Made by a program: the position numbers and the translations under genes
Part shown: in pieces, positions 10,191 through 18,366 of the stretch
Position numbering within the stretch: the stretch's first letter is position 1
Layout: every line of letters begins with the position of its first letter
Assembly (NCBI GenBank): GCA_029573725.1
Contig: JAKQDQ010000122.1
Span: 100,156 to 164,155 of the forward strand
Length of the DNA: 64,000 bases
Direction of reading: 5' to 3'
DNA from: Verrucomicrobiota bacterium
GTDB lineage: Bacteria > Verrucomicrobiota > Verrucomicrobiia > Limisphaerales > JADLHS01
The notes under the pieces: generated by a model
The model's input: only the letters and a program-made list of their open reading frames with translations
Databases searched by the model: none
What the model was told of the DNA's origin: nothing

Positions 10191-10574
10191 ATGAGCGCAG
10201 TGCCGTCCGAACTAAAATACGCGAAATCACACGAGTGGGTCCGGGTTGCTGACGGGGTGGCGACCGTGGGGATCAGTGATCACGCGCAGCAGGAGCTGAC
10301 GGACATCGTTTTCGTCGAGTTCCCCGTGGTCGGCCGCCAAGTGAAAGCCGGCGAGGCGTGTGCGGTTGTGGAGTCGGTCAAGACCGCCAGCGACATTTAT
10401 TCGCCGGTCAGCGGTGAAATTCTGGAGATCAACCAGGCGGCGGTGAGCGACCCGGCCTTGGTAAATCGCGAGCCCTACACGGGCGGCTGGTTTTTCAAGG
10501 TTAAACTGGAAACGCTGGAGGAGCTTGATGATCTGCTCACCGCGGATCAGTATCAGGCCCAGATCAATGGCTAG
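10191..10574 (+). CDS. gcvH: glycine cleavage system H protein (lipoyl carrier)
   Basis: 127 aa. YAKSHEWV..., and the lipoyl-lysine motif [19 protein letters not shown]. Confidence 0.9.
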   Translation: MSAVPSELKYAKSHEWVRVADGVATVGISDHAQQELTDIVFVEFPVVGRQVKAGEACAVVESVKTASDIYSPVSGEILEINQAAVSDPALVNREPYTGGWFFKVKLETLEELDDLLTADQYQAQING

Positions 10575-10628
10575 CTGCCCGGTCCGGCGATCCCCGGCAT
10601 TCCTTTCCCACCACGTTTTAAACCGGGT

Positions 10629-10874
10629 ATGAAGGTCCGCTTGTTTATCAAACCGTATTGTCCGTGGTGCCGGAAGGCGCGGGAATGGCTGGATGCCCGC
10701 CAAATCCGGTATGAGATCCTGGATGTCATCGCGGACGCCGCTGCCGCCGCCGAGATGCAAGCCATCTCGGGACAAACACTGGCCCCGGTTCTTGACGTGG
10801 ACGGAAAAATTCTTGCGGACTTCGGTCCCGAAGAACTCGCCAAATTCTGGGAACAATTGAAACCCGCCCAATAG
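10629..10874 (+). CDS. small glutaredoxin-like protein (YruB/NrdH-like, CPWC active site)
   Basis: 81 aa. FIKPYCPWCRKAREWLD...YEILDV...SGQTLAPVLDVDGKILADFG shows a thioredoxin-fold pattern. Confidence 0.75.
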   Translation: MKVRLFIKPYCPWCRKAREWLDARQIRYEILDVIADAAAAAEMQAISGQTLAPVLDVDGKILADFGPEELAKFWEQLKPAQ

Positions 10875-10889
10875 CTGTTAATCTGTCGC

Positions 10890-11846
10890 ATGGTTTCTAC
10901 GCCGGGCATGGCGGTTTCAGGACAAACGGGCACGTCACCGCACGGGAAGCCCGAACGGCCCCCGAACGGGGCCCCGGCGCGGCCGCGGCTTCCGCCGTGG
11001 TTGCACACCAGGCTGCCCACGGCCGGCACGTTTGCGCGCACACGTTCGCTGCTGGGCGAACTCAAACTGCACACGGTTTGTGAAAGTGCAAAATGCCCGA
11101 ACCATTGGGAATGCTGGAGTCGCGGCACGGCCACCTTCATGATTGCCGGCGATCGTTGCACCCGCGCCTGCAAATTCTGTGCGGTGAACACGGCCCGGCC
11201 GCTGCCTTTGGAGGCGGATGAGCCCCAACGCGTCGCGGAGGCGGCGCGCCGGATGCAGTTGCGCCACGTGGTGATTACGGCCGTATCTCGAGATGATCTG
11301 CCCGACGGCGGCGCGGAACATTTCCGAAAAACCATTGAGGCGGTGCGCCGGTTGAACCCGCAGATCGTCATCGAGGTCCTGACGCCCGACTTTCAGGACC
11401 AGGACGCCTTGATTGACTGTGTACTCAGCGCCAACCCGCACATCTTCAATCATAATCTGGAAACAGTGCGCCGGCTGACCCCGAGTGTGCGGCACCGGGC
11501 GACTTACGACCGCTCGCTCAACGTACTCAGGAAGGTGAAGTCCCGGCGCGGCGAAACCATCTACACAAAGTCTGGAATGATGCTGGGACTGGGCGAGGAG
11601 GAGACGGAAGTGCTGGTGGCCATGCAGGATCTGCGGGCGGTCGGCTGCGATATCCTGACCCTGGGTCAGTATCTCCAGCCGACGTTGGAATTGCTGCCCG
11701 TGCAGGAGTTCGTCACTCCGGAAAAATTTCGTCAACTCGGGGAGCGCGGCCGGGAGATGGGATTCATCCACGTGGCGAGCGGCCCGCTGGTCCGGAGCTC
11801 CTATCACGCGGATGAATTTGTTTTGCCGCTACGGCGGGGGCAATGA
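10890..11846 (+). CDS. lipA: lipoyl synthase
   Basis: It carries the auxiliary-cluster motif CESAKCPNHWEC and the radical-SAM motif CTRACKFC. A roughly 35-aa Pro/Gly-rich N-terminal extension means the true start may lie further downstream. Confidence 0.9.
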   Translation: MVSTPGMAVSGQTGTSPHGKPERPPNGAPARPRLPPWLHTRLPTAGTFARTRSLLGELKLHTVCESAKCPNHWECWSRGTATFMIAGDRCTRACKFCAVNTARPLPLEADEPQRVAEAARRMQLRHVVITAVSRDDLPDGGAEHFRKTIEAVRRLNPQIVIEVLTPDFQDQDALIDCVLSANPHIFNHNLETVRRLTPSVRHRATYDRSLNVLRKVKSRRGETIYTKSGMMLGLGEEETEVLVAMQDLRAVGCDILTLGQYLQPTLELLPVQEFVTPEKFRQLGERGREMGFIHVASGPLVRSSYHADEFVLPLRRGQ

Positions 11847-12464
11847 ACCGGCACGCTGTTTGAGAATCAGCCAGATGGCGGCGGCAAGAAAGAGCAGCGC
11901 GATGAGGCTGATGCCCGAGATGACTATCCCTTTAATCATCCGTGCCCGTGCCAGCAATTGACTTCGCTGCGCCTTCTCCGACTCGACGAACAAGGCGAAC
12001 TCCTTTTCCAGGGAGGCGGCGGTTTCCTCATCTTTCAGTTTCAAAGTCAGCCAGTCTTTGTGTGCGCGATCCCATTGGGAGGGCATTTTTTCCAAATCTT
12101 CAGCCGGGGGCGGACGAAATCCCTGCTGCGACCAGAAGGGGGACTGCTCCTGCGTCCAGAGGCGGAACAGGCCGTGATTGACCGCCAGGTTCTGAAGGCG
12201 ATGCCAGAGCGCCTGGCGTCCGGCATCCGCCAGGCTGAAATCTTCAAAAGTTTCACTGTGAATCCGGGCTTGGCGGGCATGGATTTCCAATGCCGCAGCG
12301 CCGATCACCGTCCCCGCCGCGTCGGTAATCACCTGGAAATCGGTGAGTTGCCGGTCCAGTTCCTCGACCGGCAGGCGCATCAGGGCCCAGAGCTGCCGCA
12401 GCCGCGGCAAATCATCCACCGTCGCGCGGCGCACTTGGAATGCGGCAGGACTCATCGGGCGCAT
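11829..12464 (-). CDS. GNAT-family N-acetyltransferase with a C-terminal coiled-coil and transmembrane tail
   Basis: VRRATVDDLPRLRQLW...GAAALE...WSQQGF shows a GNAT pattern. The C-terminal IVISGISLIALLFLAAAIWLIL is a TM helix. The 3' end overlaps convergent lipA by 18 nt. Confidence 0.6.
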   Translation of the reverse strand: MRPMSPAAFQVRRATVDDLPRLRQLWALMRLPVEELDRQLTDFQVITDAAGTVIGAAALEIHARQARIHSETFEDFSLADAGRQALWHRLQNLAVNHGLFRLWTQEQSPFWSQQGFRPPPAEDLEKMPSQWDRAHKDWLTLKLKDEETAASLEKEFALFVESEKAQRSQLLARARMIKGIVISGISLIALLFLAAAIWLILKQRAGSLPPP

Positions 12465-12538
12465 GGTAAAAATCGCCGCCCGGATTTCCAGCGCGTTTTT
12501 TGCCGGCCCTGCCGGGACGCTGCAGCGCTGCGGCGCCG

Positions 12539-15226
12539 CTACGGCTCAAAAACGCGCACGCGATAGAGCTTGGGAGTGGTGGCGGCCGCCGGATCCGAGA
12601 CAACAATCGTGCGATTGGTGCGGGGGAAAAAAGGACGGTTGTCGGGTTGATTCAATGCGGTCCACGATGCGCTGTCCGCCAGATTGGTGGTGCTTTGGAC
12701 CTCCACCGCGCGATTGGCAACCTGCGGGATCACAATCTGGGCCTGGGCGTTGGTGAGCGAGATGGAAACGCTCCAGCCGCTGGCCGCGTTCGTGGGGTTG
12801 GTGCCCGTGAGATATTCCAGGTAGTTATGCGCCCGATCCCCGTCCACGTCATCCAGCGGGCCGGCGCCGGGGGCATTCGTCGCGCCAAAGTAGTTGAGTT
12901 GCCAGTCGGAATAGCTGACATATCCCGACAGTTCGTTGGTGATCCAGGCGGCAATCAACTCCACTGCTTCGGTGTTGATGACGGACGTGCTCAGCGGCGG
13001 CATGTGTCCCGGGCCAAAGTTTGCCACGCGCTGGAAGAGCGATGAATTGGCCAGGGACCCGGGAGCGACCACGCGACTGTTGGGATTGCCCCAGTTATTG
13101 ATCAACGGTCCATCCACGATGCCGTTCTGTGGTCCCGGAGTGCCGATGCGCGCGTCCCAATAGGATTGGGTGGCGGCGTCCGGCTGATGGCAGAACGCGC
13201 AGTTGGCTTCCAGATAGGAGCGGACGCGGTATTCCAGGCTGACGGCGTCGTTGGTGGCGTGGGCCAGAGCCGGAAGCAGGTAGCGGTTGGTGAGGGGCTG
13301 GCTCAAATAGCCAGCGTCACTCAACGCGACCAGCTGGTTGGTGAGCGTGCCGTCATAATCAAAATCGCGGTTCAATTGCGGGGTGTTGAATCCCAACGCA
13401 AAGCCCGAGGTGGTCGTGTGGCAAACCATGCATTCAACGCGCGCCGGATAATGCCAGACTTGCGTCCGGACCACGCTGCCGTCATTGGCGTAAAGGGTGA
13501 CGGGCTCGTCAAATCCGCCTTCGGCGACCAGCAGCGCATTGGTCGGCGGCACCGTCCAGCGGTAGGTGATTCCGTAGCCACCATTCGTGTTGGCGATCAT
13601 CAGCCGGGTTTCCAGCCGGCGGCGGGAGGCCGCCAGGCCGTTCGTGATTTCCAGTTCAAAATGCTTGATCCAGACGCTGCCGGGGGGGAATTCCCAGTTG
13701 GCATGGCCGTTGAACGTCATGGTCAGGTTGGTGTCCGGAACTGAAAACCATCGGGCTTTCTCCGAGTTGTCCGACCAGAAGGGGGCATTGACATCGTACG
13801 GCACGATGCCGGGCGCGACCGCAAGGGTTGCCAGATCGGCGAACACGCCCGTATCGGAAAGTTTGTCGGGGAGGGGGGCGCCGGTCATTTGCGTGTTGTA
13901 AATGATCCGCTTGATTCGGCTTTGCAGCACGTCGCAATAAAGGATGTCTCCGTTTCGCGGATCAGTGCCGAATGTGGAAATCCGCCCGGGATCGGTGAAG
14001 AGGACCTGGTTTTGGGTGACATTGGTGCCGGTGTGGCGCAAGGCCCAAACCGTGCCGAAACCATAATCCGCATAGATGTAGGCGCCGTAAAGTTGGGAGA
14101 TGTTCAAGCCGCGGTACACGAGGCCGCCAATAATGCAAATGCCGGCGTTGCGCGGGTAGGCCAGCAGGGGGGGGGTGTGTTCAAATCCGGCCGGAGCCAG
14201 ATGCGCCTTCGGGCCGTCGGCAAAACCCTCCCGATAGGCCCAGCCATAATTTTTGCCCGGTTCAACCAAATCCACCTCCTCCCAGCCGACCTGGCCGACG
14301 TCTCCGCAGTAAAGCAGCCCCGTGACTTTGTCGAAGTTCCAGCGCCACGGATTGCGCAAACCCACCGCCCAAAACTCGGTTCGCACCAGGTTCGGGTCCA
14401 CGGCCAATCCATTGAAGGTGGTTGCGCCCACAAAGGGATTGTCCGCCGGCACCAGGTAATTCGTGGTGACGGCATGATGAGGGTTGGGAGGCAAATTACC
14501 CGGCCGCTTGTCCACATCAATCCGCAGCATTCCGGCAAATAGATCTTTCGTGATGGTTTGACTGTTATTGTAGGAATCATCCCCGCCACCTTCGTCGCCC
14601 AACCCAAGATACAAATAGCCGTCGGGACCAAAGTGAATGTCCCCGCCGTTGTGATTTACGGATTGGTCGTACTGCCGAATGATGGGCAGGTAGGAGGTGG
14701 GATCGGCCTGGTTCGGATCCGTGGCCGAGACTTGAAACCGGGCCAGGATGTCGTGCATTCCGTTGGCCCCGCCATCGGCGGAGGTGTTGGCTGGTCCGGT
14801 AAAATACACGTAAAAATATCCGTTGTTGGCAAAATTCGGATGAAAGCAAAGTCCGAGCAGACCGCGTTCATCGTTGAGGTCCGATGAGCCGGTCACCCGG
14901 CTTGTCAGATCGAGAAAAATGGAACGGGTGGGTGCGGCCAGATTGGTGATGACGACGATCGTGCCGCCCTTTTCCAGGATGAACAAACGGTTGGTTTCCC
15001 TGGGCGGCGTGGCGAGGCAAACCGGGTTGTCAAAACTGAGCCCGGGGAAGGCGTTGGTATAGGCGAAACCCAAACTTGGCGGGATTACCGGGACGTTTGT
15101 CAACGTGACATTTGGCACTCGTTCCAAGGGGGCGGCTCCGCTTGGATTCGAGAAACCCAGAAGACCGATTGTGACGGTGCCAAATGCGAGAACGGCCCCA
15201 ACTGAACGACGTGCAAAACCCAGCAT
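12539..15226 (-). CDS. secreted PQQ-dependent sugar dehydrogenase (GSDH beta-propeller) fused to a dihaem cytochrome c-like domain and a C-terminal exoprotein module
   Basis: Signal peptide present. HNGGDIHFGPDGYLYLGLGDEGGGDD is the GSDH motif. The HNE_0200/SO_2930-like region (LSDTGVFADL...PYDVNAPFWSD...) has two CxxCH motifs (CMVCH, CAFCH). DVDGD..N.LEY..GTNP is a Ca-binding-like motif. The tail ends ...KLYRVRVFEP. Confidence 0.7.
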   Translation of the reverse strand: MLGFARRSVGAVLAFGTVTIGLLGFSNPSGAAPLERVPNVTLTNVPVIPPSLGFAYTNAFPGLSFDNPVCLATPPRETNRLFILEKGGTIVVITNLAAPTRSIFLDLTSRVTGSSDLNDERGLLGLCFHPNFANNGYFYVYFTGPANTSADGGANGMHDILARFQVSATDPNQADPTSYLPIIRQYDQSVNHNGGDIHFGPDGYLYLGLGDEGGGDDSYNNSQTITKDLFAGMLRIDVDKRPGNLPPNPHHAVTTNYLVPADNPFVGATTFNGLAVDPNLVRTEFWAVGLRNPWRWNFDKVTGLLYCGDVGQVGWEEVDLVEPGKNYGWAYREGFADGPKAHLAPAGFEHTPPLLAYPRNAGICIIGGLVYRGLNISQLYGAYIYADYGFGTVWALRHTGTNVTQNQVLFTDPGRISTFGTDPRNGDILYCDVLQSRIKRIIYNTQMTGAPLPDKLSDTGVFADLATLAVAPGIVPYDVNAPFWSDNSEKARWFSVPDTNLTMTFNGHANWEFPPGSVWIKHFELEITNGLAASRRRLETRLMIANTNGGYGITYRWTVPPTNALLVAEGGFDEPVTLYANDGSVVRTQVWHYPARVECMVCHTTTSGFALGFNTPQLNRDFDYDGTLTNQLVALSDAGYLSQPLTNRYLLPALAHATNDAVSLEYRVRSYLEANCAFCHQPDAATQSYWDARIGTPGPQNGIVDGPLINNWGNPNSRVVAPGSLANSSLFQRVANFGPGHMPPLSTSVINTEAVELIAAWITNELSGYVSYSDWQLNYFGATNAPGAGPLDDVDGDRAHNYLEYLTGTNPTNAASGWSVSISLTNAQAQIVIPQVANRAVEVQSTTNLADSASWTALNQPDNRPFFPRTNRTIVVSDPAAATTPKLYRVRVFEP

Positions 15227-15344
15227 AGCGGGTTACGATGGAACAGCCGCCACGATTTGTCAAAAGGGCAACCCGTTGGAACTGCATCTGTTAGGTCAGT
15301 AATATCCGCGGGAATTTCGGGAGAACAACGGAGCGCCCATCCTG

Positions 15345-16739
15345 TCATGCGTGCGCTGGTTTGGGCCCGGTCTCCGGCGCAGGCGCGGGGCTTCCCGCTG
15401 GCGCTCCAGTCCGCCAGTTTGGGCTTGTTTGGGAAGTCCCGGATTCGGCGCGATACGCCTCTGCCAGCAGGGTGATCGGATGCACCACGCGCACCCGGAG
15501 TCCGTCCTGCTTCGCCCCGTTGATGATCTGGAGGAGGCAGCCCGGATTCGCTGTGGCCACGATCGGGGCCCCGGTGGACCGGATGTGGCGGATTTTCCGA
15601 ATCATCAATTGATTGGCCATCCTGGGCTGGGTCAAATTGTACACGCCCGCGCTGCCGCAGCACCAATCGGCCTCGGGCAGCTCGATCAGTTTCAAGTCCG
15701 GAATGGCGCGCAGCACTTCGCGCGGCTGCCGGGTCACCCGCTGGCCATGGAGCAGGTGACAGGATTCGTGGTAAGTGACGACCTGGCTGTGGCCGGTGGG
15801 GTGGGGGCGGCGGATGCCGATCTGGACCAGCCATTCGTGAATGTCCTTTACTTTCGCATCCCATTGAATCGCGCGCGGGGCGTACTGTGGATCTCCGGCC
15901 AGCAATCCGCTGTACCGTTTGAGATGTGATCCGCATCCGCCGGCATTGGTGATGATGGCGTCGTATTGGTCGGAGGGAAATTGATCGATGTTGCGGCGGG
16001 CCAGTTCGGCGGCCAGGGTGCGGGCCCCATTGTGCGCGTGCAGTGAGCCGCAGCAGCTTTGTTCCGGCGGCGTGACGACCTCACACCCGTTTTGGGCAAG
16101 CACTTCCACCGTATCCCGGTTCACCTGGCTGAAGGTCAAATCTTGCGCGCAACCGGTGAGCACGGCGACGCGGTATTTGCGTTCTCCTGCCGCCGGCGTC
16201 ACCGGCGCAATCAAGTCACGCGAAAAGTGCTTGCAGATGGTGGGGGTCAGGGCCTCCAGTTCCTGCAGCCGGGTGGGGAGCAGGTGCATCACCCGGGTGC
16301 GCCGCACCAAATCCTGCAAACCCAGTTCCTGATACCAGCGGATGGCGCGGCCGGCGAATTCGAGCCGGCGCAAATCCATGAACAACCACCCCATCGTGAA
16401 CCACCGGATAAAATCGCGCCGCGGGCTGGCCAACACTCGTTGTGCTTCCACATCCGCCCGCGCGTGCTCGAACAATTCCACATAATTTACCCCGGCGGGG
16501 CATGCGGTCATGCAGGCCAGGCAGCCCAGACAAAAGGACATCTCCTCGCCAAACGTGCGGGTGACTTCCATCTCGCCATCCATGATGGCCCGCATCAGGG
16601 CGATGCGCCCCCGCGGACTGTTGCGTTCCAATTTGGTGGCATCGTAAGTAGGACAGGTGGGCAGACACAGGCCGCAGCGCATGCACTGTTGCACCACGGA
16701 ATAATCCAGCTCCTTCAAATACGAATGTTGCGCGGCCAT
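15345..16739 (-). CDS. glcF: glycolate oxidase-type iron-sulfur subunit ((Fe-S)-binding protein)
   Basis: Two ferredoxin-like motifs, CMRCGLCLPTCP and CLGCLACMTACP, followed by CCG-type Cys-rich domains. It overlaps the upstream partner by 1 nt. Confidence 0.8.
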   Translation of the reverse strand: MAAQHSYLKELDYSVVQQCMRCGLCLPTCPTYDATKLERNSPRGRIALMRAIMDGEMEVTRTFGEEMSFCLGCLACMTACPAGVNYVELFEHARADVEAQRVLASPRRDFIRWFTMGWLFMDLRRLEFAGRAIRWYQELGLQDLVRRTRVMHLLPTRLQELEALTPTICKHFSRDLIAPVTPAAGERKYRVAVLTGCAQDLTFSQVNRDTVEVLAQNGCEVVTPPEQSCCGSLHAHNGARTLAAELARRNIDQFPSDQYDAIITNAGGCGSHLKRYSGLLAGDPQYAPRAIQWDAKVKDIHEWLVQIGIRRPHPTGHSQVVTYHESCHLLHGQRVTRQPREVLRAIPDLKLIELPEADWCCGSAGVYNLTQPRMANQLMIRKIRHIRSTGAPIVATANPGCLLQIINGAKQDGLRVRVVHPITLLAEAYRAESGTSQTSPNWRTGAPAGSPAPAPETGPKPAHA

Positions 16740-18121
16740 TAATCAAACATCTTTCCAGGGTTCAAAATCTGATGGGGGTCCAAAATCTTGCGGAATTCGC
16801 GCATCAGGCGCATTGACACCGGCCCTGCGAACGGCTCCAGAAAATTTTTCTTGGCGACACCCACGCCGTGTTCGCCGGTGATCGTGCCGCCCAGGCGGAT
16901 GGCTTCGTCAAAAATTTCCTTGAACGCCTGCTCGACCCGGCGCATTTCCTCCGCATTGCGTTCGTCGGTTAAAAAGGTGGGGTGCAAATTGCCGTCGCCC
17001 ATGTGTCCGAAGGTGGCCACGCGCAGCCGGTATTTTTCCGCCGTCCGGGTGACAAAACGGATCATTTGGGCCAGCGCGCTGCGCGGCACGGTGGCGTCCT
17101 CGAGGATCGTGGTCGGCGACACGCGGGCGACGGCAGAGAACGCGCCCCGCCGGGCGGTGGCCAGCTGGTTGGCTTCGGTTTCGTTCCGGGCGACGCGGAT
17201 TTCCAGTGCTCCGGCCTTGCGCGCAAAGGCTTCCATCTGCCGGGCTTCTTCGGCCACGGCGGCCGGATGCCCGTCGGTTTCCATCAGAAGCAGGGCCTCG
17301 CAGTCCAGCGGTAAGCCGATCTTGGCATAATCCTCGACACAGCGAATGGTTGTGGCATCCAAAAATTCGAGGGTGCAGGGAATGATACGCGCGGCAATGA
17401 TGTCCGAAACGCACTGGGCCGCGGCCTCCATCTGCGCAAACGTGGCAAGCATCGTCTGTTTCGTTGCCGGTTTGGGGACGAGCCGCAGCAGGATTTTGGT
17501 GATCACGCCCAGCGTGCCCTCAGAACCGATGAACAGGTCGCGGAGCGAGTAACCGGCGACATCTTTAACGCATTTGTTGCCGGTCCAGAACACCTCGCCG
17601 CCGGGCAGCACCACCTCCAGCCCCATCACGTAATTGCGGGTGACCCCGTACTTCAGACCGCGCAGGCCGCCGGAGTTTTCCGCCACGTTGCCGCCAATGG
17701 TGGAAATGCTCATGGAGCCCGGGTCGGGAGGATAAAAGAGATCTGCCGCGGCGGCGGCTTGGGCGATGGCCGCGGTGGTGACCCCCGCTTCGGCCAAAAT
17801 GGTGAGATTGGCGCGATCCAGCTCCAGAATGCGGTTCATCTGCGTCAGACAGAGGACGATCCCGTCGGCCACCGGGAGACTGCCGCCGCTCAAACTGGTG
17901 CCAGAACCGCGGGTGACGACCGGAGTTTTGGTTGCATTGGCGAGCCGCAGCACCGCCGCGACGGCTTCGGTGCTGGCGGCGAACACTACGCAACCCGGGA
18001 GTTGTTGTAGCGCGGCGGTGCCATCGAACGAATAGGCCACCAAATCCTCCCGCGCGGTCTGCACATGGGCCGGACCGACAATCTCCTTGAGCCGGGCCAG
18101 TGTATCGTTGGACAAGGGCAT
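16739..18121 (-). CDS. glcD: FAD-linked oxidase (glycolate/D-lactate dehydrogenase GlcD-like subunit)
   Basis: 460 aa. It has a PCMH-type FAD-binding domain (...VVTRGSGTSLSGGSLP...) and the C-terminal ...TGEHGVGVAKKNFL. No glcE lies between it and glcF. Confidence 0.85.
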   Translation of the reverse strand: MPLSNDTLARLKEIVGPAHVQTAREDLVAYSFDGTAALQQLPGCVVFAASTEAVAAVLRLANATKTPVVTRGSGTSLSGGSLPVADGIVLCLTQMNRILELDRANLTILAEAGVTTAAIAQAAAAADLFYPPDPGSMSISTIGGNVAENSGGLRGLKYGVTRNYVMGLEVVLPGGEVFWTGNKCVKDVAGYSLRDLFIGSEGTLGVITKILLRLVPKPATKQTMLATFAQMEAAAQCVSDIIAARIIPCTLEFLDATTIRCVEDYAKIGLPLDCEALLLMETDGHPAAVAEEARQMEAFARKAGALEIRVARNETEANQLATARRGAFSAVARVSPTTILEDATVPRSALAQMIRFVTRTAEKYRLRVATFGHMGDGNLHPTFLTDERNAEEMRRVEQAFKEIFDEAIRLGGTITGEHGVGVAKKNFLEPFAGPVSMRLMREFRKILDPHQILNPGKMFD

Positions 18122-18366
18122 ATAACTTCAACGAGCATGTAACCGAACTTTCAAGGGGTCAAGAGCCGTCCCGCGTGCTGGAAACTTGAAAGGAACGGCC
18201 GCCCATTCGTGAGAAGCGGGGTGAGCCCGGTTGCGGGGCGAACCACGGCGGGCCAGGGAATCGTGCATCCGATCCGGCCCGCCAGGTTGAAAATTAAATA
18301 TCTACGCATCCAGATGCGTTGATTTTTATAATTGAAATTCCGAAGGATTGCAGTATCCTGCGGCTT

